Source of the DNA: an uncultured Chloroflexia bacterium
Lineage (GTDB): Bacteria; Chloroflexota; Ktedonobacteria; Ktedonobacterales; JADMIN01
Assembly: GCA_963718915.1 (NCBI GenBank)
Contig: CAVRAI010000007.1
Location: forward strand, 90,001 to 122,000
DNA length: 32,000 nt
Direction of reading: 5' to 3'
Below, piece after piece: positions 1 to 7,654 of this stretch. Positions within the stretch are counted from its first letter, which is position 1, and each line of letters opens with the position of its first letter. The position numbers and the translations under genes were made by a program. A model generated the notes under the pieces. The model was given only the letters and a program-made list of their open reading frames with translations, made no database searches and was not told where the DNA came from.

Positions 1-895
1 CACGAGGCGCCCATCCGCCAGCGTCATGATCGCGAAGTCTGGCGCAACCGCGCGGGCACGATCCAGAAAAAGCGCCACCGTCGGAACCTGACGCAACGCA
101 TCGAGCGACTCCAGTTGCGCCGCGTCTGGCAGGGGAAGCGGTGGGACCGGAAAACACTGCTCGCCACGCACATTCAGCGCCGAGCGGCTCGTCACCAGCG
201 CTTTGACCCGCGGGCAGGCGATGAGCAACTCCAGCACAGCGCGCGCGGCGGGCAACACCTGCTCAAAGTTATCCAGCACCAGCGCCAGTTCGCGGTCGTG
301 GAGCGCCTGGATCAGGGTTTCGCGCAGCGGCAAACTGTCGCTCTCATGCACGTCCAGCGCCTGAGCGATAGCAGGTAAAACACGCTCCGGTTCGCGGATG
401 GGAATGAGGTCCACGAAGACGACATCCTGGCTCTGCCACTCGCGCCGCAGTCTCGCCGCCAGCTCCAACGCCAGCCGCGTCTTGCCCACGCCCGCCGGAC
501 CCGTCAGCGTCAGCAGCCGTGTCGTCTCGCGCCCGATCAATTCCAGCAGCGCCGCCTGCTCGCGCTCGCGCCCGATCAGCGAGGTCAATGGCACGGGGAG
601 ATCGCCAGCGAGGAAGTCGTCGGGGCGCCGTTGGGCATCACCAGCATCATCGCGCGAATACCCCCCTCGCGCCTTCGCGACAAACGCCGCCGCTTCGTCC
701 GGGGCGAGCGCGAGCGCGTCGCTGAGCAGGCTGACGGTTGCTCGCTGCGGGGCAAGCGTAATCCCGCGTTCGAGCAGACTCACCGATGCCACACTCAGGC
801 CCGCGCGCTCGGCGAGTTCTTCCTGTGTGAGTCCGCTACGACGCCGGTAACGACGTAGCAGGCTGGCGAAGTCGGGGGTATCCACCGCTGACATG
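1..895 (-). CDS. HTH (XRE-type) + P-loop NB-ARC/AAA STAND-family regulator, N-terminal part; the 3' end runs off the window
   Basis: Absent from the ORF track because there is no stop in the window. My translation from ATG 895-893 gives MSAVDTPDFASLLRRYRRRSGLTQEELAERAGLSVASVSLLERG (XRE HTH), then LTGPAGVGKTRLA (Walker A), then LALVLDNFEQV (Walker B-like). Track ORFs 398-850 and 519-725 (+) are its antisense shadows. Confidence 0.8.
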
Positions 896-1108
896 GAATC
901 TCCTCCAGGTCTGCGTGCTCAGACTGGTTGCCATAATCGCCACCATTGTAGCACCTTCGGCCAGCATTTTTCGTGATCCTGTTCACGTTGAAAGGATGGT
1001 TTTTACGGGCAGTTTTACGGATTTTCGCTGGTCTCTGTGGTCGCGATCCAGGCACACTGTACGTGCTGAGGCGCAGGGCTGGTTCGGAGCGCAACTGGGG
1101 GCAATCTC

Positions 1109-1933
1109 ATGGCGGGCGAGTCAGATACCGCACTGATATGGGGCGCGCAGCTCGCTCGCGCCGAACGCATCCTGGCCGAGTCCGGCTCGCCTTTGCCAGA
1201 GAGGGAGGCAGCCGAGTTGCTGGGTCATCTGCTCGGTCTGCCCGTCTCCGAGATTCTCACGCAGCCACAGTCCGCGATGCTCCAGGCGGACGCGCGCAGG
1301 TATCACGCATGGGTGACGCGCCGTGCGGGTGGCGTGCCGATGCCATATGTCACCGGACATCTGGAATTCATGGGGCTGGACATCACGATTGGGTGGGACA
1401 CTCCGCTGCCCTTCCCCGGCGCATCGCGATTAGTGGAGGCCGCGCTGGAATGGGCGCGTAGCCGCGCGCCCGATCAGTTGATCGCCGCGGAGTTGCGCAC
1501 CGGTTGCGGCGCTATCGCTCTGGCGCTGGCGGCGCTTGAGCCTCGCTTCAGCCGCATCTACGCGGTGGATTCCTCGCCTCAGATTCTTGCCGTGGCGGCG
1601 GCCAATGGCGCGCGCTATCTCCTCAATCTGGTCATCCACTGGGTGGCGGGAGAAACGCTCGACGTGTTTTCGGAGCCAACTGACCTGATCGTCTGTGGCC
1701 AGTTTGATCCGACGTTACCGCCGTTCAAGGGGCAGGTACTCAGACTGGCCCCTGAGAAGATGCGTCCCGGCGGGGCGGTGATGTGCATGCTCGAGGCCAG
1801 CCGGGCAGCGGTACAACTGGAGTCGCTCCGCAATGTCGTGCCAGAGGAGGCGCAAGTCTGGACAACGCCATCATCTGACGGCACGCTGGTGGCCGTCGCG
1901 CAGTTGCCGCGTTCGCCTTCGTACGGCGTGTAA
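1109..1933 (+). CDS. PrmC/HemK-like methyltransferase-fold protein with degenerate catalytic motifs
   Basis: 274-aa ORF with HemK-like layout: N-terminal helical domain, VTGHLEFMGLDI resembling the conserved LTGxxEF block, and a GCGAIALALA Rossmann motif-I region. Motif I reads ELRTGCG, and the position of the NPPY motif reads IVCGQFDP. Confidence 0.6.
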   Translation: MAGESDTALIWGAQLARAERILAESGSPLPEREAAELLGHLLGLPVSEILTQPQSAMLQADARRYHAWVTRRAGGVPMPYVTGHLEFMGLDITIGWDTPLPFPGASRLVEAALEWARSRAPDQLIAAELRTGCGAIALALAALEPRFSRIYAVDSSPQILAVAAANGARYLLNLVIHWVAGETLDVFSEPTDLIVCGQFDPTLPPFKGQVLRLAPEKMRPGGAVMCMLEASRAAVQLESLRNVVPEEAQVWTTPSSDGTLVAVAQLPRSPSYGV

Positions 1934-1968
1934 CGCGCAACATTCGAGACTGAAAGGTAGCTCATACC

Positions 1969-2631
1969 ATGAAGCCCATGAAACGATCTCGACTTCGCAT
2001 CGTCCTGGCTCTTCTCGCCTGTGCCTGTATCAGTTTCTCCGTGGCCGCGTGCAGCCCCGGCGGGACATCCACTGCATCTGGCACACCACCGAGCGGAGAC
2101 GCGACCGCCACCACAGCCCAGCCGACGGCGAAGCCCGCGCTCACTGCGCTCCCAACCATCACCCAGGCGCTTTGCCAGCAACTGATGACAGTGGCCGAGG
2201 CCAATACCATTGTTCAGCCACCGGCCCCAGCAACATCACTCGTCGCGGACAATAGTGACGATGGCGGCTCGTGCAACTATGTTGCCTCATCGACAAGAAT
2301 CCCGCTCATCATCTACTTCCTGGATTGGAAGGGGCCGGTTCCGATTCCCCAGGCTGATATAGCAGCCGCGCTAGCCCAGGCCTCTGGCGCGTCCAAAATC
2401 ACGGTAAACCAGGCGACGCCTGTGGATGGTATCGGCGTTCAGGCGGAGTTCGTCAGTATTACGGCGACAGACCAGGGGTTTACGGGTTCAGCGACTATTT
2501 TCTACGTTCTCGAAGGACCATTCTTCTACGACTGCCTTACCTTTGGTCCTCTCACTGGGGGCGCGCTCGGCACGCAGGATCAGCTCCAGGCGTGCGCTAC
2601 GCAGGTGGATAGCCGCCTGCGACAGAGTTAG
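1969..2631 (+). CDS. Hypothetical lipoprotein
   Basis: Signal peptide with lipobox, MKPMKRSRLRIVLALLACACISFSVAAC/SPGG. GAAAGG lies upstream of the ATG. No family recognised. Confidence 0.7.
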   Translation: MKPMKRSRLRIVLALLACACISFSVAACSPGGTSTASGTPPSGDATATTAQPTAKPALTALPTITQALCQQLMTVAEANTIVQPPAPATSLVADNSDDGGSCNYVASSTRIPLIIYFLDWKGPVPIPQADIAAALAQASGASKITVNQATPVDGIGVQAEFVSITATDQGFTGSATIFYVLEGPFFYDCLTFGPLTGGALGTQDQLQACATQVDSRLRQS

Positions 2632-2709
2632 TTGCCGCGTGATCGAACGTATTGAGCGGCGTGCCCGCTAATTCCTCGAACCACACCCTGCTGTCTATTC
2701 TGCTACAGC

Positions 2710-2741
2710 CACCCCCTCCCGCGACGATTGGGGAGGGGGTG
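2710..2741. terminator. GC-rich hairpin between convergent genes (possible bidirectional terminator)
   Basis: caccccctccc (2710-2720) pairs perfectly with gggagggggtg (2731-2741), with a 10-nt loop. It sits between the lipoprotein stop (2631) and the minus-strand gene end (2784). No clear U-tract. Confidence 0.4.
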
Positions 2742-2783
2742 AGGTGGGTCCCTCGTCATCTCAGCGCTTCAACGGCTGCCACG

Positions 2784-3704
2784 CTAGCTAAAGAAGACGC
2801 CGTTGCGCTCATGCCCAATCTGGGCCGAGATTGCCTGTTGCCCTGCCGCATGTGACGAGAACGTGAATCCAGTGGCCTCGTTTCTCCCTGTCCAGTGAAT
2901 CGTGGCGTCGGTGTCGAGGAATAGCCCCGCGACGTGCAGATCTGAGTTATTGACCTGACGGCGCTGCTTCACGTCATGCCATCGAATGGAGTACGAAACG
3001 ATGGAGGGATCGGATGGGCCATTGTTCAAGGAGTTGGGGATACTGAAAAAGTCTCTGACATGCTGGTGTTCGCCCTCGTATGTCGCGGTTCCCTTGCCCA
3101 GATGGATTTCAACGGCGTCCGATGGGATGCGCACGGTCCAAAACAGGCCATCGGGGTACGGGAAGATCCCGGGGTTGAAATCGTGGATCTGCGTCGAGAA
3201 GGTATTGAAGTCAAACTGACCTACAAAGACATCCAGTCAGACAAAGCCGAAGGTGTCGTGATGCACCTTCCCATCGACGCCGACATACGTGCCCTGCATG
3301 AACCGCATGTCCGCATCGAAGAGCAGACCATCGGTTCCGGTACCCTGGATTTCGGTGGCGGCGATGAAGCCGTTGAAGTCGTAGATCGTCGACGGTTCCT
3401 CACTGCCAGGTGAGAGGACGTGAAATGGCGCTCCAGGGAAAATCGTCTCGGGTATTGGCCTGGGCGCGGTGGAACCATGTTTGGCAGAGGCCAGACCAGG
3501 CGCGAGCAACCCTGAGCCGAAGACTACCGCTGAGCCAGCGGCAGCCGTCCTGATGACCGTTCGTCGCGAGATGGCGTGATCCCAGATATGCGTGTGTCCT
3601 ACGTGGAAACGCGGTCGTTGCGCGTCTCCGTCTCCATCCCCTGTTGTGGGACTCGGTGATTGTGGCGGCGCCATGGGCCGATAGGCCGCCGGTGTGATGC
3701 GCAT
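2784..3704 (-). pseudogene. Tat-signal secreted hypothetical protein interrupted by one in-frame TGA (3239-3237)
   Basis: Track ORFs 3237-3743 and 2784-3134 are in the same frame. The 102 nt between them are open in that frame (LDVFVGQFDFNTFSTQIHDFNPGIFPYPDGLFWT). Likely start is ATG 3704, preceded by GGAGGGGAGAAGAG. Twin-arginine motif SRRTVIRTAAAGSAVVFG...ASA. Confidence 0.6.
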
Positions 3705-4174
3705 CTCTTCTCCCCTCCTGCGGTGTGACCGCGGTATGCGCACGACGACATGCGAAGACCTGCGAGATCATGTTTGTGGTGAGTATCGAATCGACATACA
3801 AGGTGACAGATACAGTGAGGAACATACAGGAGAACAAACAAGTGGACACACAACAAACCCGGTGGGTGAGCAATACACAGGGGAAATGGCCAGAGCCGAA
3901 TGCTCTACCGTCCACCACTACACAACATCCGCCACAACCGGCAGGCCAGCCCATCCACAGGTCAATCTCGTGGCAGATTGACGTAACAACCATACCATGA
4001 CAGTTCCGGCAAATCAAGTCCTGAGGGTAACGAGCCGCCTGGGGCCAGATACGCTTGCATGTGCCGTAGCCTTGGAGATATTGTGTGTTCTACCGGCGTA
4101 TAGTGGCTGTGAAAAGGCCGTCTACGCCAACTACGCGAGGCGCCGCAACGCGCGACGACACAGGGGGACTTCGC

Positions 4175-4984
4175 ATGTTTGTGAAGCGCAGCGCTATTCG
4201 CTTTGCCACCTACCTTGCCCCAAATATGTACCCAGTCTACCAGTGCGTCGCGGACTATGTGGGGCGGCAACTCGGATGCCGTACCGAGCTTGCCGTTGGC
4301 GCGTCCTTCGCCGCCTTTGCGTCTGGCGAGGTTGATGTCGGCTTCATCTGCGGTCTTCCCTATGTCCAGTTGACGCGGAGTAGTCCCGCGCCGGTCGAAC
4401 TACTCGCCGCGCCAGTCCTTCAAGGTGAGCGCTATCGCGATCTGCCCATCTACTTCTCCGATGTGATTGTGCGGCATGATAGCCGCTACCACGCTTTCGC
4501 CGACCTGCGTGGCTGTAGCTGGGCGTATAACGACCCCAATTCACATTCTGGCTATAACATCACCCGCTACACGCTGGTACGGCTGGGCGAGACGCACGGC
4601 TTCTTTGGGCGCGTCGTCGAGGCTGGCTTCCATCAGGAGGCGCTGCGCATGGTCGCCGATGGCCGCGTGGATGCCTCGGCCATCGATTCGCAGGTACTCG
4701 CCATCGAGTTACGCGATCATCCCGATCTTGCCGGGCGCGTGCGGATCATCGACACGCTTGGCCCCGCAACCATTCAGCCGATTGTCGCCGCGCGTCACGT
4801 ATCAGCTACCTTGAAAGACGACCTCCGCGCCGTCCTATGCGCTATAGGTGACGACCCCACTGCCCGCGCCGCCCTCGACTATGGTTTCGTCGCAGGTTTT
4901 GTCCCGATTACCGACACAGACTACGATGGAATCCGCGCGATGGTGGCCGCTGCGGAGGAAGTGGGCTTCCCGAAACTGCGGTGA
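4175..4984 (+). CDS. PhnD/SsuA-type (phosphonate-binding-like) substrate-binding-fold protein without an obvious signal peptide
   Basis: ORF 4085-4984; the internal ATG at 4175 (MFVKRSAIRFATYLAPNMYPVYQ...) is the more plausible start. Sequence resembles the PhnD-like periplasmic-binding family (GEVDVGFICGLPYV, SHSGYNITRYTL). Family call is from memory. Confidence 0.6.
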   Translation: MFVKRSAIRFATYLAPNMYPVYQCVADYVGRQLGCRTELAVGASFAAFASGEVDVGFICGLPYVQLTRSSPAPVELLAAPVLQGERYRDLPIYFSDVIVRHDSRYHAFADLRGCSWAYNDPNSHSGYNITRYTLVRLGETHGFFGRVVEAGFHQEALRMVADGRVDASAIDSQVLAIELRDHPDLAGRVRIIDTLGPATIQPIVAARHVSATLKDDLRAVLCAIGDDPTARAALDYGFVAGFVPITDTDYDGIRAMVAAAEEVGFPKLR

Positions 4985-4985
4985 G

Positions 4986-5816
4986 TTATGCCTCGTCGCC
5001 TTCCAGCCCCTGCTCGATGGCCTTGAGGTAGCGCTCGGCGGAGCGCTGGACGGCGGCGCTGGCGTCCGTGCTGACTACTCGCCCGGCGAAACCAGAATAG
5101 AGTCGGTCGAAGCGGTAGGGCGCGATGGTGTCACGGATATGCCGAATCTTCCGCGCGGGCAACGGGATGAGGTTCGGGTAGCTATACATGAAGCTGACCC
5201 AGGCGCGGTCGGCCACCACATAGATCGTGTCGCCGGTCAGGAGCGCGCCGCGGCCATCGGCGCCCGCTGGCCAGTGCAGCGCCGCGCTGCCGGGAAAATG
5301 TCCGCCCAGGCGCACCAGCGTGAGATCACCTGGGAGCGCATGCGTCTCGCCGGACCAGAAGGTGATACGCGAGTCTGGCCGCATCACCCACTGGCGATCC
5401 GCCTCGTGGAGATAGATGGCGGCGCCAAAGCGCTCGGCCCAGTCGATCATCGAGCCATAGAGATGGGGATGTGAGGCGGTGATTGCCGCGATTCCACCCA
5501 GGGCTTGTACCGTCTGAACCGTCTCCTCATCGAGATAGGAGACGCAGTCCCAGAGGACATTGCCCTGCTCGGTCCGCACCAGCAGCGCCCGCTGGCCGAT
5601 GGCGAAGGACGGCTCGGTGGCGATGCCCGTCAGGCGCGGCTCCTCCTGCGTGATGAGATTGCGGTAATTCTCCCTCTGCATACTCGCCAGCGTCGTCCAC
5701 TGCTGTCCCCGCGGCCCGAGATACTGGCGCTGGTCCAGGCAGATCGGGCATTCGGCGGGCGGCTCCTGGCTCTCGGCGAATTGCGCCCCACAAGTGGCGC
5801 AGATCCAGTGTTCCAT
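4986..5816 (-). CDS. MBL-fold metallo-hydrolase with N-terminal Cys4 zinc-ribbon-like motif
   Basis: 276-aa ORF with CATCG...CPIC at the N-terminus and ITASHPHLYG, LGGHFPGSA and LLTGD blocks typical of the metallo-beta-lactamase fold. Confidence 0.75.
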   Translation of the reverse strand: MEHWICATCGAQFAESQEPPAECPICLDQRQYLGPRGQQWTTLASMQRENYRNLITQEEPRLTGIATEPSFAIGQRALLVRTEQGNVLWDCVSYLDEETVQTVQALGGIAAITASHPHLYGSMIDWAERFGAAIYLHEADRQWVMRPDSRITFWSGETHALPGDLTLVRLGGHFPGSAALHWPAGADGRGALLTGDTIYVVADRAWVSFMYSYPNLIPLPARKIRHIRDTIAPYRFDRLYSGFAGRVVSTDASAAVQRSAERYLKAIEQGLEGDEA

Positions 5817-5939
5817 AGGTCACAACTCCCTTCGTTACTGTCCTCAGGGATTGTGCCACGTGCGAACGTCTACCTGCATCCGTCAGTGGTTCAGGGGATT
5901 CCTGGCCCTTTGGACAGGCAGCTTCATTTTCTCGCGAGA

Positions 5940-6674
5940 CTATTTCAGGCAGAGGTCCGCGCCGCTCTCATCGCCGAAGCAATGGCCGTTGTTGAGCAGG
6001 ATGACGACTTTGCTGATATTGGAGAACTGTGTCAGCGTCTTCACAATCTCCGCCTTGATGCGCGCGTCGGCGCCAATTCCGGGCGAGGCCGTCGGGCGGC
6101 AGAACTGGAGCGTCGCGGTTCCGGACTCTGCTGTCGCGCCGCGCATATTCAGCGTGATCTTGAAGTCCGTGCCTCCGCAGTTCGACGCGCCAGCGCGTTG
6201 GAGCACCGTGGAGAGTTCGGTGAAGTAGCCAGCGGACGCCTCAGATGGTGTCGGCCCGGCGATGAGCTGCTGGATGGCATAGGTGGCGACGCCGAGCGTT
6301 GGAGAGGTTCGGTGAACCGGGTAGACCGCCGTGGCGTCATTATACGAAGCGGGGTTCTTCGAGAAGTAGACGAGCATCGGGTAGCCAGTGGCTGTGGCCG
6401 TGGGCGCGGCGATAGTCGGCGCCGCCGTCGGCAGTGACTGTGCGTGCGTCGGCGCGGGATGGATCGCTGGGCCAGTGGTCTGGCCGCCGCGACCTGCCAG
6501 CTGCGCGAAGACCGTTGCGATCAGGGCCACGACGACCGCCGCGGCGACGAGAGCCACGACGCGCCCCCAACCGCTCGAAGGGGCGCGCCGCCTCCGCTGA
6601 GTGCGAGACACATCCCAACCAGCGCCAGGGTCGGATGGATTGTTGACGCCCATTGGCAGCGTCACATCCTCCAC
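5940..6674 (-). CDS. Single-pass membrane protein with extracytoplasmic GerMN-like domain; probable anti-sigma partner of the upstream ECF sigma. The true 5' end is probably ATG 6900, with a frameshift.
   Basis: TM helix WGRVVALVAAAVVVALIATVF. C-terminal YPMLVYFSKNP...ATYAIQQLIAGPTPSE...KVVILLNNGHCFGDESG resembles GerMN. It lies directly downstream of the ECF sigma. The frame is open all the way up to the sigma stop codon. Confidence 0.7.
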   Translation of the reverse strand: MEDVTLPMGVNNPSDPGAGWDVSRTQRRRRAPSSGWGRVVALVAAAVVVALIATVFAQLAGRGGQTTGPAIHPAPTHAQSLPTAAPTIAAPTATATGYPMLVYFSKNPASYNDATAVYPVHRTSPTLGVATYAIQQLIAGPTPSEASAGYFTELSTVLQRAGASNCGGTDFKITLNMRGATAESGTATLQFCRPTASPGIGADARIKAEIVKTLTQFSNISKVVILLNNGHCFGDESGADLCLK

Positions 6675-6848
6675 GGAGACGTAGGGCGGCGCTCCGGTGG
6701 GGATGGTTCGGATGCGCTCGGCCGTCCGCGCCGCGTCGGGCAGGCGATTCTGCCAGGCAGCGCCGTCGGCGATCAGTCGCGCGGCAAGGGCATCGAACTC
6801 TGGCGGAAATGCATCATGCGCGTTGTTGTCGTCATGATGATGGTGATT

Positions 6849-6875
6849 TGTGATGGTTGTGATGGTTGTGATGGT
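6849..6875. repeat. Perfect 3 x 9-bp tandem repeat (tgtgatggt; ACCATCACA on the minus strand) encoding an Asn-His-His run
   Basis: Read directly: tgtgatggt at 6849-6857, 6858-6866 and 6867-6875, flanked by degenerate gatgatggtgat copies. Confidence 0.9.
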
Positions 6876-6896
6876 TGAGGGAGTTTGGCTCGTGCG

Positions 6897-7466
6897 TCAT
6901 GAGCGGCCCTCCATCTCGGGGTGTGTGGCGCCTGCGAGGCCCGGCGGCTGGAGCCGTTCGCGCATCTGCGCCATGGCGCGGTGCAGCCGCGAACGCACGG
7001 TGCCCGATGGGATGCTCAGCATTGTCCCAATCTCGGTGGCGTCCAGGCCCGCGTAGAAGCGCAGAATCACGATTGCGCGCAGGTCGTCTGGCAGCGCGTT
7101 GATGGCGGCGCGGAGATCCAGCGCCCCGGTGTTATTGCTCGTTCCGGGGTCTTCTTCGAGTGTGACCAGCAGGTGGAGATGCTGGGCGTCGGTTTCTTCG
7201 GGCAGGGAGCGCATCTGCGCCTGTTGCTGCCCCTTGAGACCGCGCCGCCACTGGCGACAGACATTCAAGGTGATTTGCAGCAGCCAGGGGCGCACGGCAT
7301 CCAGATTGCGCAGTGTTGGCCAGGCCTGCCACGCGCGCATGGAGGCTTCCTGCACGGCGTCCTCGGCCTCCGCTGGCCCGATGAGCGCAGCAGCCAGCCG
7401 CAACATGGCAGCCGCGTGGAGCGGTACGATGGCGGCAAAGCTCCTCGCACTCTCAGCGCCATGCAT
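6897..7466 (-). CDS. ECF-type RNA polymerase sigma factor (sigma-70 family, regions 2 and 4)
   Basis: AEDAVQEASMRAWQAWPTL...RPWLLQITLNVCRQWRR (region 2) and LPDDLRAIVILRFYAGLDATEIGTMLSIPSGTVRSRLHRA (region 4 HTH). Start chosen at ATG 7466, preceded by GGAGGGGAGCGCGAGAG. The track ORF extends to 7541. Confidence 0.85.
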   Translation of the reverse strand: MHGAESARSFAAIVPLHAAAMLRLAAALIGPAEAEDAVQEASMRAWQAWPTLRNLDAVRPWLLQITLNVCRQWRRGLKGQQQAQMRSLPEETDAQHLHLLVTLEEDPGTSNNTGALDLRAAINALPDDLRAIVILRFYAGLDATEIGTMLSIPSGTVRSRLHRAMAQMRERLQPPGLAGATHPEMEGRS

Positions 7467-7654
7467 CTCTCGCGCTCCCCTCCATCGGTGGCTCGCCCAG
7501 TCAGTCACCCGCCTGGATAGGAGATACACCCACAGAGGCAAAGTGTTCAGTCTCGCGTAAAATCAGGCGCAACCTCAGCATACACGCGCTACTGAACACA
7601 GCGATAGAGATGTCTATCGTGGTGGGATAGAGTTCGACTTGTACTCAGGTATAT

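Noticed and set aside
3237-3239. Selenocysteine (or TGA-reassignment) reading of the in-frame TGA.
   Set aside because: There is no Cys/Sec redox motif and no obvious SECIS-like hairpin just downstream. Other genes in the window (for example the PhnD-like gene at 4982-4984, the ECF sigma gene at 6899-6897 and the kinase gene at 16461-16459) terminate sensibly at TGA, so a code change is excluded. A nonsense mutation is more parsimonious. It remains as a low-probability alternative in the finding.
3400-4017. 205-aa Cys-rich minus-strand ORF spanning the Tat-protein 5' region and the intergenic tract.
   Set aside because: It overlaps the Tat-signal gene in another frame and extends through the A/C-biased non-coding tract. 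It has no RBS and no recognisable domain.
5505-6437. Long + strand ORF (310 aa). Similar long ORFs occur at 12307-13113 (-), 11686-12306 (-), 20647-21459 (-), 23063-23692 (-), 25060-26028 (+), 29599-30300 (+), 31019-31768 (+), 16651-17283 (+), 6921-7520 (+) and 398-850 (+).
   Set aside because: Each lies antisense to, or out of frame with, a gene carrying clear family motifs. Their products are Arg/Pro/Gly/Ala-rich low-complexity sequences with no motifs and no RBS. They are typical shadow ORFs of high-GC DNA.
6834-6880. A CRISPR-like or minisatellite interpretation of the tgtgatggt repeats.
   Set aside because: There are only three 9-bp units with no spacers. They lie inside a coding 5' region and encode an Asn-His-His run.
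6897-6899. Read-through of the sigma-factor TGA to give a sigma/anti-sigma fusion; the downstream long ORF is in the same frame as the sigma gene.
   Set aside because: The ATG at 6900 forming an ATGA overlap, plus a one-base correction that restores a perfectly periodic NHH leader, explains the data better. The frame identity with the sigma gene is probably coincidental.
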